Positions 45,217-55,252 of a stretch of 64,000 bases of DNA are shown one piece after another; positions within the stretch are counted from its first letter, which is position 1; every line of letters starts with the position of its first letter. The stretch comes from an uncultured Gammaproteobacteria bacterium (GTDB lineage Bacteria > Patescibacteriota > Microgenomatia > Levybacterales > UBA12049), in NCBI GenBank assembly GCA_964416505.1, contig CAYQEJ010000006.1, positions 13,827-77,826 of the forward strand, written 5' to 3'. The notes beneath the pieces were generated by a model that saw nothing but the letters and a program-made list of their open reading frames with translations, was not told where the DNA came from and made no database searches. Position numbers and translations under genes: made by a program.

Positions 45217-46089
45217 TTAAAACCAACCGGATTTCTTCTTGGAGTTATCAAATTCACGAAGAAGCTCTTTCTGACGGGATGTAAGATTTTTTGGAATAAC
45301 TACTTTTACCTGAACATAATGATCGCCTTTATGCGACCCTCTTACATGCATTATTCCTTTTTCCCTAAGCCTAATTACGGTATTTGGTTGAGTTCCTGAA
45401 GGAATTTTAAGTTTTACTTTTCCCTCTACTGTCTCCACTTCAATTTCAGTCCCGAGAGCTGCATCTGGAAATGAAATCTCTTCTTCAGTTACTACATCAT
45501 AACCCTCTCTTTTAAATCTAGGGTGAGATTTTACTTCTATCAGAACGTCATATGTTCCAAATCTAACTCTTTGACCATTGTCTACTCCGGCTGGAATTTT
45601 TACTGTCTGAGATTTTCCTTCAATAGTAACTTTTTTCGTAACTCCTTTTACCGCATCCATGAAATCAATTGTTAAAGAATAGACTGGACGACGCTCACGT
45701 CCAAATGGATTGCCGCCCCCAAAGAATTGTTCAAATATCTCAAATGGATCAGAAAAACCACCAAAATCAAATCCCTGACCATTTCCGCCAGTAGAATATG
45801 TGTAAGTAAACGGTCCGCTTTGACCTCCGAATCCTCCACCAAAAGGACCCTGACCGCCACCTTGCTTAAAAGCATCATGCCCAAATTGATCATATGAAGC
45901 TCTTTTTTGAGAATCCGACAACACCTCATAAGCTTCAGTTACTTCTTTAAATTTGGCTTCTGAAGCTTTATCCCCTTTATTTCTATCTGGGTGATGCTCA
46001 AGCGCAAGCTTTCTATATGCCTTCTTAATTTCAGCATCAGTTGCGCCTTTACTTACACCTAAAACTTGGTAGTAATCTCTGTCAGCCAT
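45217..46089 (-). CDS. dnaJ: DnaJ-family co-chaperone, class II/CbpA-like (J domain + G/F region + C-terminal domains, no CxxCxGxG zinc finger)
   Basis: [33 protein letters not shown] (HPD motif), a Gly/Phe-rich linker, and no Cys repeats. Likely start MADRDYYQ at 46089. The ORF-track extension to 46167 is probably spurious. Confidence 0.85.
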   Translation of the reverse strand: MADRDYYQVLGVSKGATDAEIKKAYRKLALEHHPDRNKGDKASEAKFKEVTEAYEVLSDSQKRASYDQFGHDAFKQGGGQGPFGGGFGGQSGPFTYTYSTGGNGQGFDFGGFSDPFEIFEQFFGGGNPFGRERRPVYSLTIDFMDAVKGVTKKVTIEGKSQTVKIPAGVDNGQRVRFGTYDVLIEVKSHPRFKREGYDVVTEEEISFPDAALGTEIEVETVEGKVKLKIPSGTQPNTVIRLREKGIMHVRGSHKGDHYVQVKVVIPKNLTSRQKELLREFDNSKKKSGWF

Positions 46090-46229
46090 AGGCCTAATTC
46101 TATCATTTTTCGAGCTCAAATTAAAGCTAAAAAGCCATTTCAAAAAGCTTTTTATTGCATTTTTCAAGCATATTTCTTATCGATTTCCCATACTAGCGTC
46201 TTAACATAATTAAGGAAGGAGGTGGAATA

Positions 46230-46508
46230 ATGATTAGTTTGATTTTATGGGCAGTTTTTGGAGCTATAGTTGGATTTATTGCTGACTATATCGATAGGAA
46301 TGTAGCCTTAAATTGGACAGAAAGAGTAATTGTAGGAATTGTTGGAGCAATCGTGGGAGGAAGCGTTACCCAACTCCTTACAACAGGCACAATTGGAATT
46401 TCAGCTGCTGCAGGATTTGATCCTGTTTCTATGATTGTAGCTGTATTGGGCGCATTGGGTGCTCTTTTTGTTTACAAGAGAGTCCGAAGTACTCGAAGCG
46501 TTGTATAA
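46230..46508 (+). CDS. GlsB/YeaQ/YmgE-family small membrane stress protein
   Basis: WAVFGAIVGFIADYI...IVGIVGAIVGGSV Gly-zipper TM helices. Strong GGAGG RBS upstream. Confidence 0.7.
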   Translation: MISLILWAVFGAIVGFIADYIDRNVALNWTERVIVGIVGAIVGGSVTQLLTTGTIGISAAAGFDPVSMIVAVLGALGALFVYKRVRSTRSVV

Positions 46509-46515
46509 AACGCAG

Positions 46516-46540
46516 GAGGGGTGCGCATTCTTAAAACGCA
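46516..46540. terminator. candidate bidirectional stem-loop between convergent genes
   Basis: GGTGCGC-ATTCTTAAAA-GCGCAC-like hairpin (gtgcgcattcttaaaacgcac) between the + gene end (46508) and the glmS end (46542). Short stem, weak T-tract. Confidence 0.2.
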
Positions 46541-46541
46541 C

Positions 46542-48320
46542 TTACTTTACAGTTACACTTTTTGCTAAATTTCTTGGCTTATCTGGATCCTTAATTCCTT
46601 TTTCAAGAGCCATAAAATATCCTAATAATTGAAAATATACAACCTGCGGAATTAGAGTAGCCTCTAAAAGATCATCAGTTTTTAGAAAAACATCAAAGAC
46701 ATCGCTCTCTTTAGGTCCTACCCCTATTATGAATCCACCTCTTGCCTTTACCTCCTGAGCATTTGAAATTATCTCATCATAGGTTTCATCATTTGGAGCA
46801 ATTATAAAACATGGTGTTCCCTTTTCAATTAAAGCAATCACTCCATGCTTTAATTCTCCACCAGCAAATCCCTCAGCATGAGTATAAGATGTCTCTTTAA
46901 GTTTTAGTGTTCCTTCCAAAGCTGCTGCATAAGAAAGACCTCTTCCAAGAATATATATATGTTCTTTATTTTTTAAGTTTTTTGCTAATTTTTTTATTTC
47001 TGAAAGATTTTCTTCCTCAATTAATTTGCTGACATTTTTTGCGGCATCAAATAATATTCTTTTACCTTCTTTCTGCCGACCAGAAAGAGTATAAGCTGTT
47101 AAAAGCAAGACTGCGAACATTGAAGTAAAACTTTTTGTTCCAATTACCGCTTTTTCCTGGCCTGCTCCCAGCATAACTCTAAAATCAGCCTGGCGATAAA
47201 TAGTTGATCCCATTACGTTTACGATTGCTGCAACTTTAGCGCCTTTTTTCTTGGCCTTACTTACGGGCTCTACAACATCAATTGTTTCACCGGACTGAGA
47301 GATTGGGATTATAAGACTATTTGGAGTTAGGTAATCCTCAAGATAGCTAAACTCTGATCCAATGGAAAAATTTATATGCCTTTTAGCAATTTTAGAAAAT
47401 GAATAAACTCCGGATAATGCTGCATATGAAGCACTTCCGCATCCTAACATAAACGCTCCCTTGGATTTTTTTATCATCTCAGAAAAATTTTTAATTTGCT
47501 CATCATAAGTGCTGGCAATATTTTCCAAAACTCTTGGTTGTTCTGCGATTTCCTTCTGAAGAAAATGCTTATAATTTCCTTTTATCGTATTTTCAAATTC
47601 CCAATCAAGCTTAATAAACTCGGGTTTTATCTCTTCTCCACTAGGCAATTTAAATAATTTAAGCGAATTTCCCAATAAAACCATTTGGTTATCTTCAAGG
47701 AAAACCACTTCTTTCGTATACTCAACAATTCCAGAAGCATCAGATGCAATAAACATTCCGTCACTATTTTTACCAACTATTAAAGGCGACCCCGTCTTAG
47801 CTGCAACAATTTCGTTTGTTTTTGTATTGATAGCTACAACCGCATTAAGACCTTTTATAGAATTGAAAGCATCCCTAAAAGCAACAGGAAAGTCTTGCAA
47901 GGCCTGGCCTTGCGAGGCTAAATTTTCCTCAACAAGATGTGGAAATATTTCCGTATCAGTCTCTGATAAAAATTTATGGCCTTTTTCCAAAAGATCTTTT
48001 TTTATTTCCTGATAATTCTCAATTATTCCATTGTGAACAACTGCAATACTTCTGCTGCAGTCTAGATGAGGATGTGAATTTGCTTCTGTCACGCCTCCAT
48101 GAGTAGCCCACCTGGTATGTCCAATTCCAATTTCACTTTCTGGAAGATTAACCTTAGCATCTCCAATTTTCCCTACATGTTTCTCGATTTTTATTTGATC
48201 ATTTTTCTTTACAGCTATTCCCCAAGAATCATAACCTCTATACTCTAAAAGCTTTAAACCCTTTAGAACCATATTTGGGGTATCTGTTTTTTTACCGACA
48301 TATCCAAATATTCCACACAT
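46542..48320 (-). CDS. glmS: glutamine--fructose-6-phosphate aminotransferase
   Basis: MCGIFGY N-terminal nucleophile glutaminase domain followed by two SIS domains. 592 aa. Confidence 0.92.
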   Translation of the reverse strand: MCGIFGYVGKKTDTPNMVLKGLKLLEYRGYDSWGIAVKKNDQIKIEKHVGKIGDAKVNLPESEIGIGHTRWATHGGVTEANSHPHLDCSRSIAVVHNGIIENYQEIKKDLLEKGHKFLSETDTEIFPHLVEENLASQGQALQDFPVAFRDAFNSIKGLNAVVAINTKTNEIVAAKTGSPLIVGKNSDGMFIASDASGIVEYTKEVVFLEDNQMVLLGNSLKLFKLPSGEEIKPEFIKLDWEFENTIKGNYKHFLQKEIAEQPRVLENIASTYDEQIKNFSEMIKKSKGAFMLGCGSASYAALSGVYSFSKIAKRHINFSIGSEFSYLEDYLTPNSLIIPISQSGETIDVVEPVSKAKKKGAKVAAIVNVMGSTIYRQADFRVMLGAGQEKAVIGTKSFTSMFAVLLLTAYTLSGRQKEGKRILFDAAKNVSKLIEEENLSEIKKLAKNLKNKEHIYILGRGLSYAAALEGTLKLKETSYTHAEGFAGGELKHGVIALIEKGTPCFIIAPNDETYDEIISNAQEVKARGGFIIGVGPKESDVFDVFLKTDDLLEATLIPQVVYFQLLGYFMALEKGIKDPDKPRNLAKSVTVK

Positions 48321-48358
48321 ATTGAATTGAATTATACCATTTTAGAAGATATTAGGAG

Positions 48359-50275
48359 TTAATTTACTACTTCGCCTTCAACTGGTTCTTCTGAAGTTTT
48401 TGATCCTTCTGTCTTTGCATCTTCCGAGCTATCTTTTGCCTGCTCATCTGTCTGACCTTCTGCCTGATTATTTCCCCCTGGTTGATTCTGATACATCTGT
48501 TGACCAACTTTTTGAAGTGAATCAGATAATTCTTTTGTTTTTGCTTCAAGATCTTCTTTTGATCCAGTTGGTAAAATTTCTTTAAGGGCTTTTATTTTTT
48601 CCTCAACCTCTGACTTTAATTCAGCTGGAACTTTATCCCCACCGTCAGCTAATGATTTTTCAGCAGTAAAAATGAGTGAATCAGCTTGATTTCGTGCTTC
48701 CACCATCGCCTTTGCTTCTTCATCTTCTTTTGCATGAGCTTCAGCATCTTTTGTCATTTTATCGATTTCCTCATCAGTAAGTCCTGTTGAGCCAGTAATT
48801 TTAATGCTTTGCTCTTTTCCGCTAGCTTTATCTTGTGCTTTTACACTAAGTATTCCTGAAGCATCAATATCAAAACTTACCTCTACCTGAGGAACACCGC
48901 GTGGCGCAGGCGGAATACCATCCAAAATAAATCTTCCAAGCGATTTATTATCTTGTGCCATTGCTCGCTCTCCCTGCAATACATTAATTTCTACCTGAGT
49001 TTGATTATCCGCAGCTGTAGAGAAAACTTGAGATTTGGAGGTAGGAATTGTTGTATTTTTTGAAATAAGAGGAGTTGAAACTCCACCCAAAGTCTCTATT
49101 CCAAGAGTAAGTGGCGTTACGTCCAAAAGTAACACATCTTTAACTTCTCCGCCAAGAACTCCTGCTTGTACTGCTGCTCCAACAGCAACCACTTCATCTG
49201 GATTTACGCTCTTATTTGCTTCTTTTCCAAAGAACTTAGCTACAGTTTCAACAATTTTCGGCATTCTAGTCATTCCTCCCACCAGAACTACCTCGTCGAT
49301 TTCATTTACCTTTACTTTTGCATCTTTAAGAGCCTGCTCAACTGGCTTAAGTGTTTTCTGAACTAACTCATCAACTATTTGCTCAAGTTTTGCTCGAGAC
49401 AAAGTCATTGTTAAGTGCAAAGGACCACTTTCGCCCTGAGTAATAAAAGGCTGATTAATTTGAGCTTCTGTAGACGAAGAAAGCTCAATTTTAGCCTTTT
49501 CTGCAGATTCCCTAAGTCTTTGAAGAGCTTGTGGATCTTTCTTTAGATCTACTCCATTTTCTTTCTTAAACTCTTCAGCTAAATAATCAATTATCGCCTG
49601 ATCAAAATCATCTCCTCCAAGATGAGTATCTCCATTTGTAGATTTAACCTCATATACTCCTTCTCCAAGTTCGAGAATAGAGATATCAAATGTTCCTCCA
49701 CCGAGATCATAAACAGCAATCGTATGAGCATTTTTCTTATCTAATCCATAAGCAAGCGCTGCTGCTGTAGGCTCATTTATTATCCTTAATACCTCAAGGC
49801 CAGCAATTTCTCCAGCTTGTTTTGTAGCTTGGCGCTGCGAATCATCGAAATATGCAGGAACAGTTATGACAGCCTGGGTTACTTTATCTCCCAAGTATGC
49901 CTCTGCATCAGATTTAATTTTTTGAAGAATCATAGCTGAAACTTCTTGAGGAGTAAGTGTTTTACCTTCTACTTCTACGACAGCCATTCCTTCACGGCCT
50001 TCTTTTATTGTGTATGGAAGCCATCTAGAATCAAATTGAACTGATTCATCTTTATATTTCTTACCCATCAATCTTTTTATTGAAAAGATTGTGCTTTTTG
50101 GCTTAAGAACAAGCTGTCTCTTTGCAACATCTCCCACCACATGACTTATAGGGTCCACTACTGATGGGATAGTGTTTCTACCTTCACTTGAGTGGATAAC
50201 TTTTGGTGCTCCACCTTCCATTACGGCTACGCATGAGTTTGTTGTTCCTAAATCAATTCCTATTATTTTTGCCAT
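48359..50275 (-). CDS. dnaK: molecular chaperone DnaK (Hsp70)
   Basis: [32 protein letters not shown], substrate-binding domain and an acidic EEVD-like tail. Confidence 0.95.
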   Translation of the reverse strand: MAKIIGIDLGTTNSCVAVMEGGAPKVIHSSEGRNTIPSVVDPISHVVGDVAKRQLVLKPKSTIFSIKRLMGKKYKDESVQFDSRWLPYTIKEGREGMAVVEVEGKTLTPQEVSAMILQKIKSDAEAYLGDKVTQAVITVPAYFDDSQRQATKQAGEIAGLEVLRIINEPTAAALAYGLDKKNAHTIAVYDLGGGTFDISILELGEGVYEVKSTNGDTHLGGDDFDQAIIDYLAEEFKKENGVDLKKDPQALQRLRESAEKAKIELSSSTEAQINQPFITQGESGPLHLTMTLSRAKLEQIVDELVQKTLKPVEQALKDAKVKVNEIDEVVLVGGMTRMPKIVETVAKFFGKEANKSVNPDEVVAVGAAVQAGVLGGEVKDVLLLDVTPLTLGIETLGGVSTPLISKNTTIPTSKSQVFSTAADNQTQVEINVLQGERAMAQDNKSLGRFILDGIPPAPRGVPQVEVSFDIDASGILSVKAQDKASGKEQSIKITGSTGLTDEEIDKMTKDAEAHAKEDEEAKAMVEARNQADSLIFTAEKSLADGGDKVPAELKSEVEEKIKALKEILPTGSKEDLEAKTKELSDSLQKVGQQMYQNQPGGNNQAEGQTDEQAKDSSEDAKTEGSKTSEEPVEGEVVN

Positions 50276-50276
50276 A

Positions 50277-50762
50277 TTAGTTTTTTTGTCCTCCTACTAT
50301 TACTTGTGCTGGACGCAGTGTTTCATTATTTATTATAAAACCTGGCCTAACTTCTTCAAGTACTTTTCCATTCTCCCCTTCTTGCACCGAAACACATTCC
50401 ATAGTCTGAGGATCAAAATCCCTGCCCGTGGATTCAATCCTACTAACCCCTTCTTCAGAGAGAACGTCTAAAAATTTCTGTATAGAAAGATTTAATCCGT
50501 CGTCTTGAATATGTTTCTGCGCAAGAAAAAGATTATCTAAAACAGCTAAAAGTTTCAAGATGAGACTTTTATTTGCTGTTTTTATCCAAATTGCTTTCTC
50601 AGCTGATATCCTTCTTTCTAGATTCTGATAATCAGCAAGCGCTCTTTTTAATTGATTTTCAAGGTTCGTAAGCTCGTTATTTTCTGTTATCTGTTCTTCC
50701 TCATCTACAACTTCTTCATTTATATCTTTTTTCAATTCACTTTTTTTCTTCATCTTTACCAA
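50277..50762 (-). CDS. grpE: nucleotide exchange factor GrpE
   Basis: Coiled-coil N-terminus and a GrpE beta-domain. Positioned between hrcA and dnaK. Confidence 0.85.
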   Translation of the reverse strand: MVKMKKKSELKKDINEEVVDEEEQITENNELTNLENQLKRALADYQNLERRISAEKAIWIKTANKSLILKLLAVLDNLFLAQKHIQDDGLNLSIQKFLDVLSEEGVSRIESTGRDFDPQTMECVSVQEGENGKVLEEVRPGFIINNETLRPAQVIVGGQKN

Positions 50763-51487
50763 CCTCTTGCTACTTCTTCAATCAAATTTCCAAAATATCT
50801 CACTGTCGGAACTACATATGTGTAATTTAATCTAGTTGGACCTATTACTCCAATTTCTCCTCCGGTATTTTGTGGAGTCATGTATCTTTTAAATACAAAT
50901 CCGTACGGACCGGAAAGACGTGGCCCCAATTCTTCACCCATTAAAACCTGTATTTCCTCATCTCTTCCAACTGCTTCAAAAATTGGCCTGAAGCATTCAA
51001 ATTCATCAATTGCGCTAAGCAGAGTTTTCGTTATGTCTATATCAAAAAACTCTGGCATCTCAAGCAAATTTGCATATCCGGAGATGAAATATTCCCCAGA
51101 ATCAGTTGCTGCGATCGCAATTGCTCCTGTTTTGCTTGCAAGCGCACGAGTAACTTCTTTGAGAAATTCATGCTCCTTGTCTCTTATATCCCAAACCTTT
51201 TCTTTCATTGAGACTTCTTCTGCAACCGAAAGCTCTTTCTCCTTCATAAGCTGCTTAACGTAAAATTTCATTGCAGCTGGAGTTGGAACACGTCCGGAAG
51301 AAATGTGAGTTTTTTTAAGATAACCGTAGTTAGTTAACCTCACCATTTCATTTCGAATAGTTGCAGGCGAAGCTGAGAGAGAATGTTTTTTCTCAAGAGT
51401 CTCAGAGCCTACAGGTTCTGCTGTTTCAATGTACTCTTCGATCAAAGACTTAAGAATCTCGATCTGACGTTGTGTTAGATCGTGCAT
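50756..51487 (-). CDS. hrcA: heat-inducible transcription repressor HrcA (short form)
   Basis: N-terminal winged-helix region (LTQRQIEILKSLIEEYIETAEPVGSETL...SPATIRNEMVRLTNYGYL). 243 aa. Confidence 0.8.
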   Translation of the reverse strand: MHDLTQRQIEILKSLIEEYIETAEPVGSETLEKKHSLSASPATIRNEMVRLTNYGYLKKTHISSGRVPTPAAMKFYVKQLMKEKELSVAEEVSMKEKVWDIRDKEHEFLKEVTRALASKTGAIAIAATDSGEYFISGYANLLEMPEFFDIDITKTLLSAIDEFECFRPIFEAVGRDEEIQVLMGEELGPRLSGPYGFVFKRYMTPQNTGGEIGVIGPTRLNYTYVVPTVRYFGNLIEEVARGW

Positions 51488-51528
51488 ATTTCTAGAAATA
51501 TTTAATCCTAAATGGCCAGTTTTTAGGG

Positions 51529-51555
51529 TTAGCAGTAATATAGCATGTCTGCTAA
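51529..51555. promoter_or_regulatory. CIRCE-like inverted repeat (TTAGCAGTA-N9-GTCTGCTAA) upstream of hrcA-grpE-dnaK
   Basis: Perfect 7-bp arms TTAGCAG / CTGCTAA separated by 13 nt. Compare the CIRCE consensus TTAGCACTC-N9-GAGTGCTAA. Located 42-68 nt upstream of the hrcA start. Confidence 0.55.
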
Positions 51556-51573
51556 TTCATGTCAAGAGGGTTG

Positions 51574-52530
51574 TTATTTTGACCTCGACTGAAGAAATTC
51601 TAGAAGACCTTCGTGAAGGTGTTTCTTACCTTTCCAAACAACAATATTATATCCTTCCATAAATTCTGAGGGATCTTCCTCTCTAAAATCAATTGACCGA
51701 ACACTCGGAGAAACAGCTTCACTCATATGCCTGTCTGTTCCACCTCTAACTGAAAATTTATCACCCCAGATTTCAATATTTTCTGGGTTTAGGATATCTT
51801 CTCTAGTAAGCCCTATACTTTGAATAACTGATTCATCTTCTAATGCTCTTTTGACAGCAGTTGTCTTAGACACGTCCCTAAGTGCAAAATCTACTGCGAA
51901 TACACCACCCAGTCTGGGAGAAATTGGTATATCGGAATCTCTAAATAATTTTTCTGCATATTCTAAAATCGGAATACGTAAATCATTATTTTGAAAACCT
52001 AGTTCGTTCATTTGCTCTGGAGTTAAATCATAACCATTTACGATCTCAAGCGTAATTTGCGGACCTCGGTCTTCAAACATTACCGATCTTGGGTCGTTAC
52101 CTGCTAAATCTAAGAATTTCTTAACTGGCATAGGATCAAAGATTTTTAAATTAAACTCGCTGATAATTTGCTTTACTAATTCCCTCCAGGTTTTCTTTTG
52201 ATCTTCTGATAAATCGTAAACGCTATAAAATGGTTTTTCTTTAAGCATTCCATCAGAATTATGACCCCACACTTCTGCTCCACTGCAATGCCCTACTAAT
52301 ATTTTTGCTCTTAACTCCTGAGGAATTTGATCTACTATTCTCCATTGAACGCTTTTAAGGCCTTGACCCGTCACGAAAAATATTGATTTTCCTTCTCCCA
52401 ATAAATCTTTAAGCTCTCCGATCATTTCAGGTTCTGCTGGTTTATACAAATCAGCAATGGTTTCATCGACATCTGAAATTATTAATTTAATTTTTTTATT
52501 CCATTCAATTTTCAAAGACTTATCACTCAC
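51574..52530 (-). CDS. HAD-superfamily hydrolase-like protein
   Basis: DxDxT motif I (LIISDVDETIADL) and motif II Thr (FFVTGQG). Specific subfamily unclear. Confidence 0.5.
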   Translation of the reverse strand: MSDKSLKIEWNKKIKLIISDVDETIADLYKPAEPEMIGELKDLLGEGKSIFFVTGQGLKSVQWRIVDQIPQELRAKILVGHCSGAEVWGHNSDGMLKEKPFYSVYDLSEDQKKTWRELVKQIISEFNLKIFDPMPVKKFLDLAGNDPRSVMFEDRGPQITLEIVNGYDLTPEQMNELGFQNNDLRIPILEYAEKLFRDSDIPISPRLGGVFAVDFALRDVSKTTAVKRALEDESVIQSIGLTREDILNPENIEIWGDKFSVRGGTDRHMSEAVSPSVRSIDFREEDPSEFMEGYNIVVWKGKKHLHEGLLEFLQSRSK

Positions 52531-52621
52531 AAGGCAATTATAACAAAACTACGATTTACTAAAATTTGCAAAGAAAACTAGGAGAAAATGCACCCAATAG
52601 TTGGAAAATCAAAAAATATAC

Positions 52622-53386
52622 TTATTTGTTAATTTTAATTTTTTCAAAAAGCCAGATTCTATGCTGTCCAAAATATGTTGTTGAAGTATTCAGAAATTTC
52701 AATCCATCTTCCTTACCCCATTTTATTATTTGATTTTTTGAATGAAATTTCGCAATTGGCGTAAAAAACTGGTCTGCGATAAGCTGTATCGTCTCTTCTC
52801 TAGTTCTTTTTTCACCATAATAAAACTCAGTGAATTTTTTTACGGATCCAGTTAACAACTTAGACACCTCATCTGGCTTTTTATTTCTAAATAGTTTCTT
52901 TGCAATCTTATAAACAAAAGGGTAGAAATGATATTTCGTATAGAGAAGTACAAGTAATTTTCCTCCTGGCTTCGTTATTCTTGCACATTCCTTAAAACCT
53001 TTACGAGTGTCTGGAGTATGGTGCAACACTCCTATGCAAACCACGATATCAAAATAATTGTCCGGAAAATCGATTTCCAATGCATCACCAAGTTTGACTT
53101 TTATTTCTGGATAATGTTTTTTGACATAGTCAATCGAAGTCTTACTTATGTCAATTGCATATACATCAGCGCCGGCTTCGCTTAAAATTTTGCTTATAGT
53201 ACCTTGACCACAGCCAACATCCAGAATCTTTTTTCCTTTTAATTTGCTGAAATCCAAGTGCTTTGACAAATGACTCTTTAAGTAAACTTTTCTTTTTTCA
53301 GAACCGTCCGGATAGTTATATCTATTGTAAAAATCTTTTACTTTAGATGATGAATTATTTTCCTTTTTTAACAAAACCACAGACAC
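52622..53386 (-). CDS. class I SAM-dependent methyltransferase
   Basis: Motif I ILDVGCGQGTIS, motif II DVYAIDIS, and post-I acidic residue. Confidence 0.75.
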   Translation of the reverse strand: MSVVLLKKENNSSSKVKDFYNRYNYPDGSEKRKVYLKSHLSKHLDFSKLKGKKILDVGCGQGTISKILSEAGADVYAIDISKTSIDYVKKHYPEIKVKLGDALEIDFPDNYFDIVVCIGVLHHTPDTRKGFKECARITKPGGKLLVLLYTKYHFYPFVYKIAKKLFRNKKPDEVSKLLTGSVKKFTEFYYGEKRTREETIQLIADQFFTPIAKFHSKNQIIKWGKEDGLKFLNTSTTYFGQHRIWLFEKIKINK

Positions 53387-53396
53387 ATAATCTCAG

Positions 53397-53801
53397 ATGC
53401 ACAGACTAAAATCAATTTCTTGCTATACTAAACTTATGGAGAAAACTAGAAGAAAAATTAAACCAATCGCCAGGAAAAGACATAACTATGTTTATTTGTT
53501 AATTTCAATTTTACTTCTCATAATTCTTTCTTATCTTTTTGTAAATTTTTCACCTTTTCATAAATTTCAGATTTTCAATTTTTCACTTCCTATTCTTCCA
53601 ATTTTCTTTTTTCTTTTAGGAATTTTTATTTACTGCCTTTCTACTTTTATATTTATAGGGAAACAGCACGGAGTAATAATATGCATTTTTACATTAACTT
53701 ATATCCTTATGCGCTTAATAGGCTTGACCCATTGGATTTTTTTAATCCTAATTTTAGGACTATTAGTTACTACCGAACTTTTTATAATCAAGAAAAAATA
53801 A
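53397..53801 (+). CDS. small polytopic membrane protein, hypothetical
   Basis: Three to four hydrophobic helices after a basic N-terminus. Confidence 0.35.
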   Translation: MHRLKSISCYTKLMEKTRRKIKPIARKRHNYVYLLISILLLIILSYLFVNFSPFHKFQIFNFSLPILPIFFFLLGIFIYCLSTFIFIGKQHGVIICIFTLTYILMRLIGLTHWIFLILILGLLVTTELFIIKKK

Positions 53802-53835
53802 CCCCAACCAAGCTCACTTCTGCTATAATCCAACC

Positions 53836-55251
53836 ATGAATAAATTTTATATTACAACTGCAATTCCTTATGTAAATGGACGACCACACATAGGTCACGC
53901 TCTTGAATATTTTCAAGCGGATACCATAAGAAATTATCATAAACTCTTAGGAGAGAGCACTCTTCTTCTATCAGGAGCTGATGAAAACGCACTTAAAAAT
54001 GTTCAGACCGCAGAAAAAGAAGGAATTTCTACCCAGGAATTATTGGATAGAAATTCAAAAGTTTTTGAAGAATCATATGCAAAACTCGGTGTAAAATTGG
54101 ATGTTTTTGAAAGAGGATCTGATTCTTATCATCATTTTCCGGGTGTTCAAAAATTATGGGAATTATGCGAAAAAAATGGTGATATTTATAAAAAATCTTA
54201 TACTGGTCTTTACTGCGTAGGGTGTGAGAGCTTTAAAACTGAAAAGGAATTAGTAGATGGAGAATGCCCAGAACATCTAAAAGAACCTGAAAAAATTACA
54301 GAAGAAAATTATTTCTTTAAACTCTCAAATTATCAAGATAAATTATTAGATCTAATTGAAAATGGCGAACTTCAAATAATTCCAGAAAGTAAAAAAAATG
54401 AAATAATCAGTTTTATAAAACAAGGGCTTGAAGATTTCAGCATCTCAAGAAGCCGCGAACGTGCAAAGGGGGTTGGAGTTCCAGTTCCTGGAGATGACTC
54501 ACAAGTAATGTACGTTTGGTTTGATGCTTTAGCAATTTATATAACCGGAATTGGATACGGAGTTGAAGAAGATAAATTTAATAAATGGTGGCCAGCAGAT
54601 ATGCATGTAATTGGAAAAGATATAAACAGATTTCATACTATTTATTGGCCAGCAATGCTTTTATCAGCTGGACTCTCTACTCCTAAAATAGTTCTTGTCC
54701 ATGGATTTGTGCAAAGCGGAGGACAGAAAATGTCCAAGTCGCTTGGAAATGTAATCGATCCTTTTGAAATTTCAGAAAAATATGGACTCGAGGCTTTTCG
54801 CTATTACATGCTTTCTCAAATTCCTACAACTGACGACGGAGATTTCACCATCGAAAGGTTTAAAGAAGTTTACAATGCAGATCTCGCAAACGGACTTGGA
54901 AACTTAGTTGCGCGCGTTGCTCGCCTTTGTGAAAAAGTAGAATTAGATAAATTACCAGAGATAAATTTAAACGAAGATTATAAAAATAAATTCGAAGAAT
55001 TCAGATTTCATGAATTTTTAGGAAATGTTTGGGGAAGAATTTCTGAAATTGATCAAGAAATTGAAAAAGAACAACCATGGAAAGTTGAAGATTTAGCAAA
55101 GCTTAAAGACTTGCTTCAAAACTGGGTTGAGAGAATTAACCAAATCGCTTTTGAGATTAAACCATTTTTACCAGAAACTTCAGGAAAGATTCAAAATATA
55201 TTTAACGAATCAAAAGTAAAATCTGTAAATCCTCTATTCCCAAGAATTTAG
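53836..55251 (+). CDS. metG: methionine--tRNA ligase (minimal class I form)
   Basis: HIGH-type motif (PYVNGRPHIGHALEY), a CxxC...CP zinc knuckle (CVGCES...ECPEH), KMSKS (QKMSKSLGN). No C-terminal tRNA-binding appendage. Confidence 0.9.
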   Translation: MNKFYITTAIPYVNGRPHIGHALEYFQADTIRNYHKLLGESTLLLSGADENALKNVQTAEKEGISTQELLDRNSKVFEESYAKLGVKLDVFERGSDSYHHFPGVQKLWELCEKNGDIYKKSYTGLYCVGCESFKTEKELVDGECPEHLKEPEKITEENYFFKLSNYQDKLLDLIENGELQIIPESKKNEIISFIKQGLEDFSISRSRERAKGVGVPVPGDDSQVMYVWFDALAIYITGIGYGVEEDKFNKWWPADMHVIGKDINRFHTIYWPAMLLSAGLSTPKIVLVHGFVQSGGQKMSKSLGNVIDPFEISEKYGLEAFRYYMLSQIPTTDDGDFTIERFKEVYNADLANGLGNLVARVARLCEKVELDKLPEINLNEDYKNKFEEFRFHEFLGNVWGRISEIDQEIEKEQPWKVEDLAKLKDLLQNWVERINQIAFEIKPFLPETSGKIQNIFNESKVKSVNPLFPRI

Positions 55252-55252
55252 C

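Noticed and set aside
45672-45929. 85-aa minus-strand ORF within dnaJ in another frame
   Set aside because: It is nested in the dnaJ coding region, and the dnaJ frame has clear family signatures.
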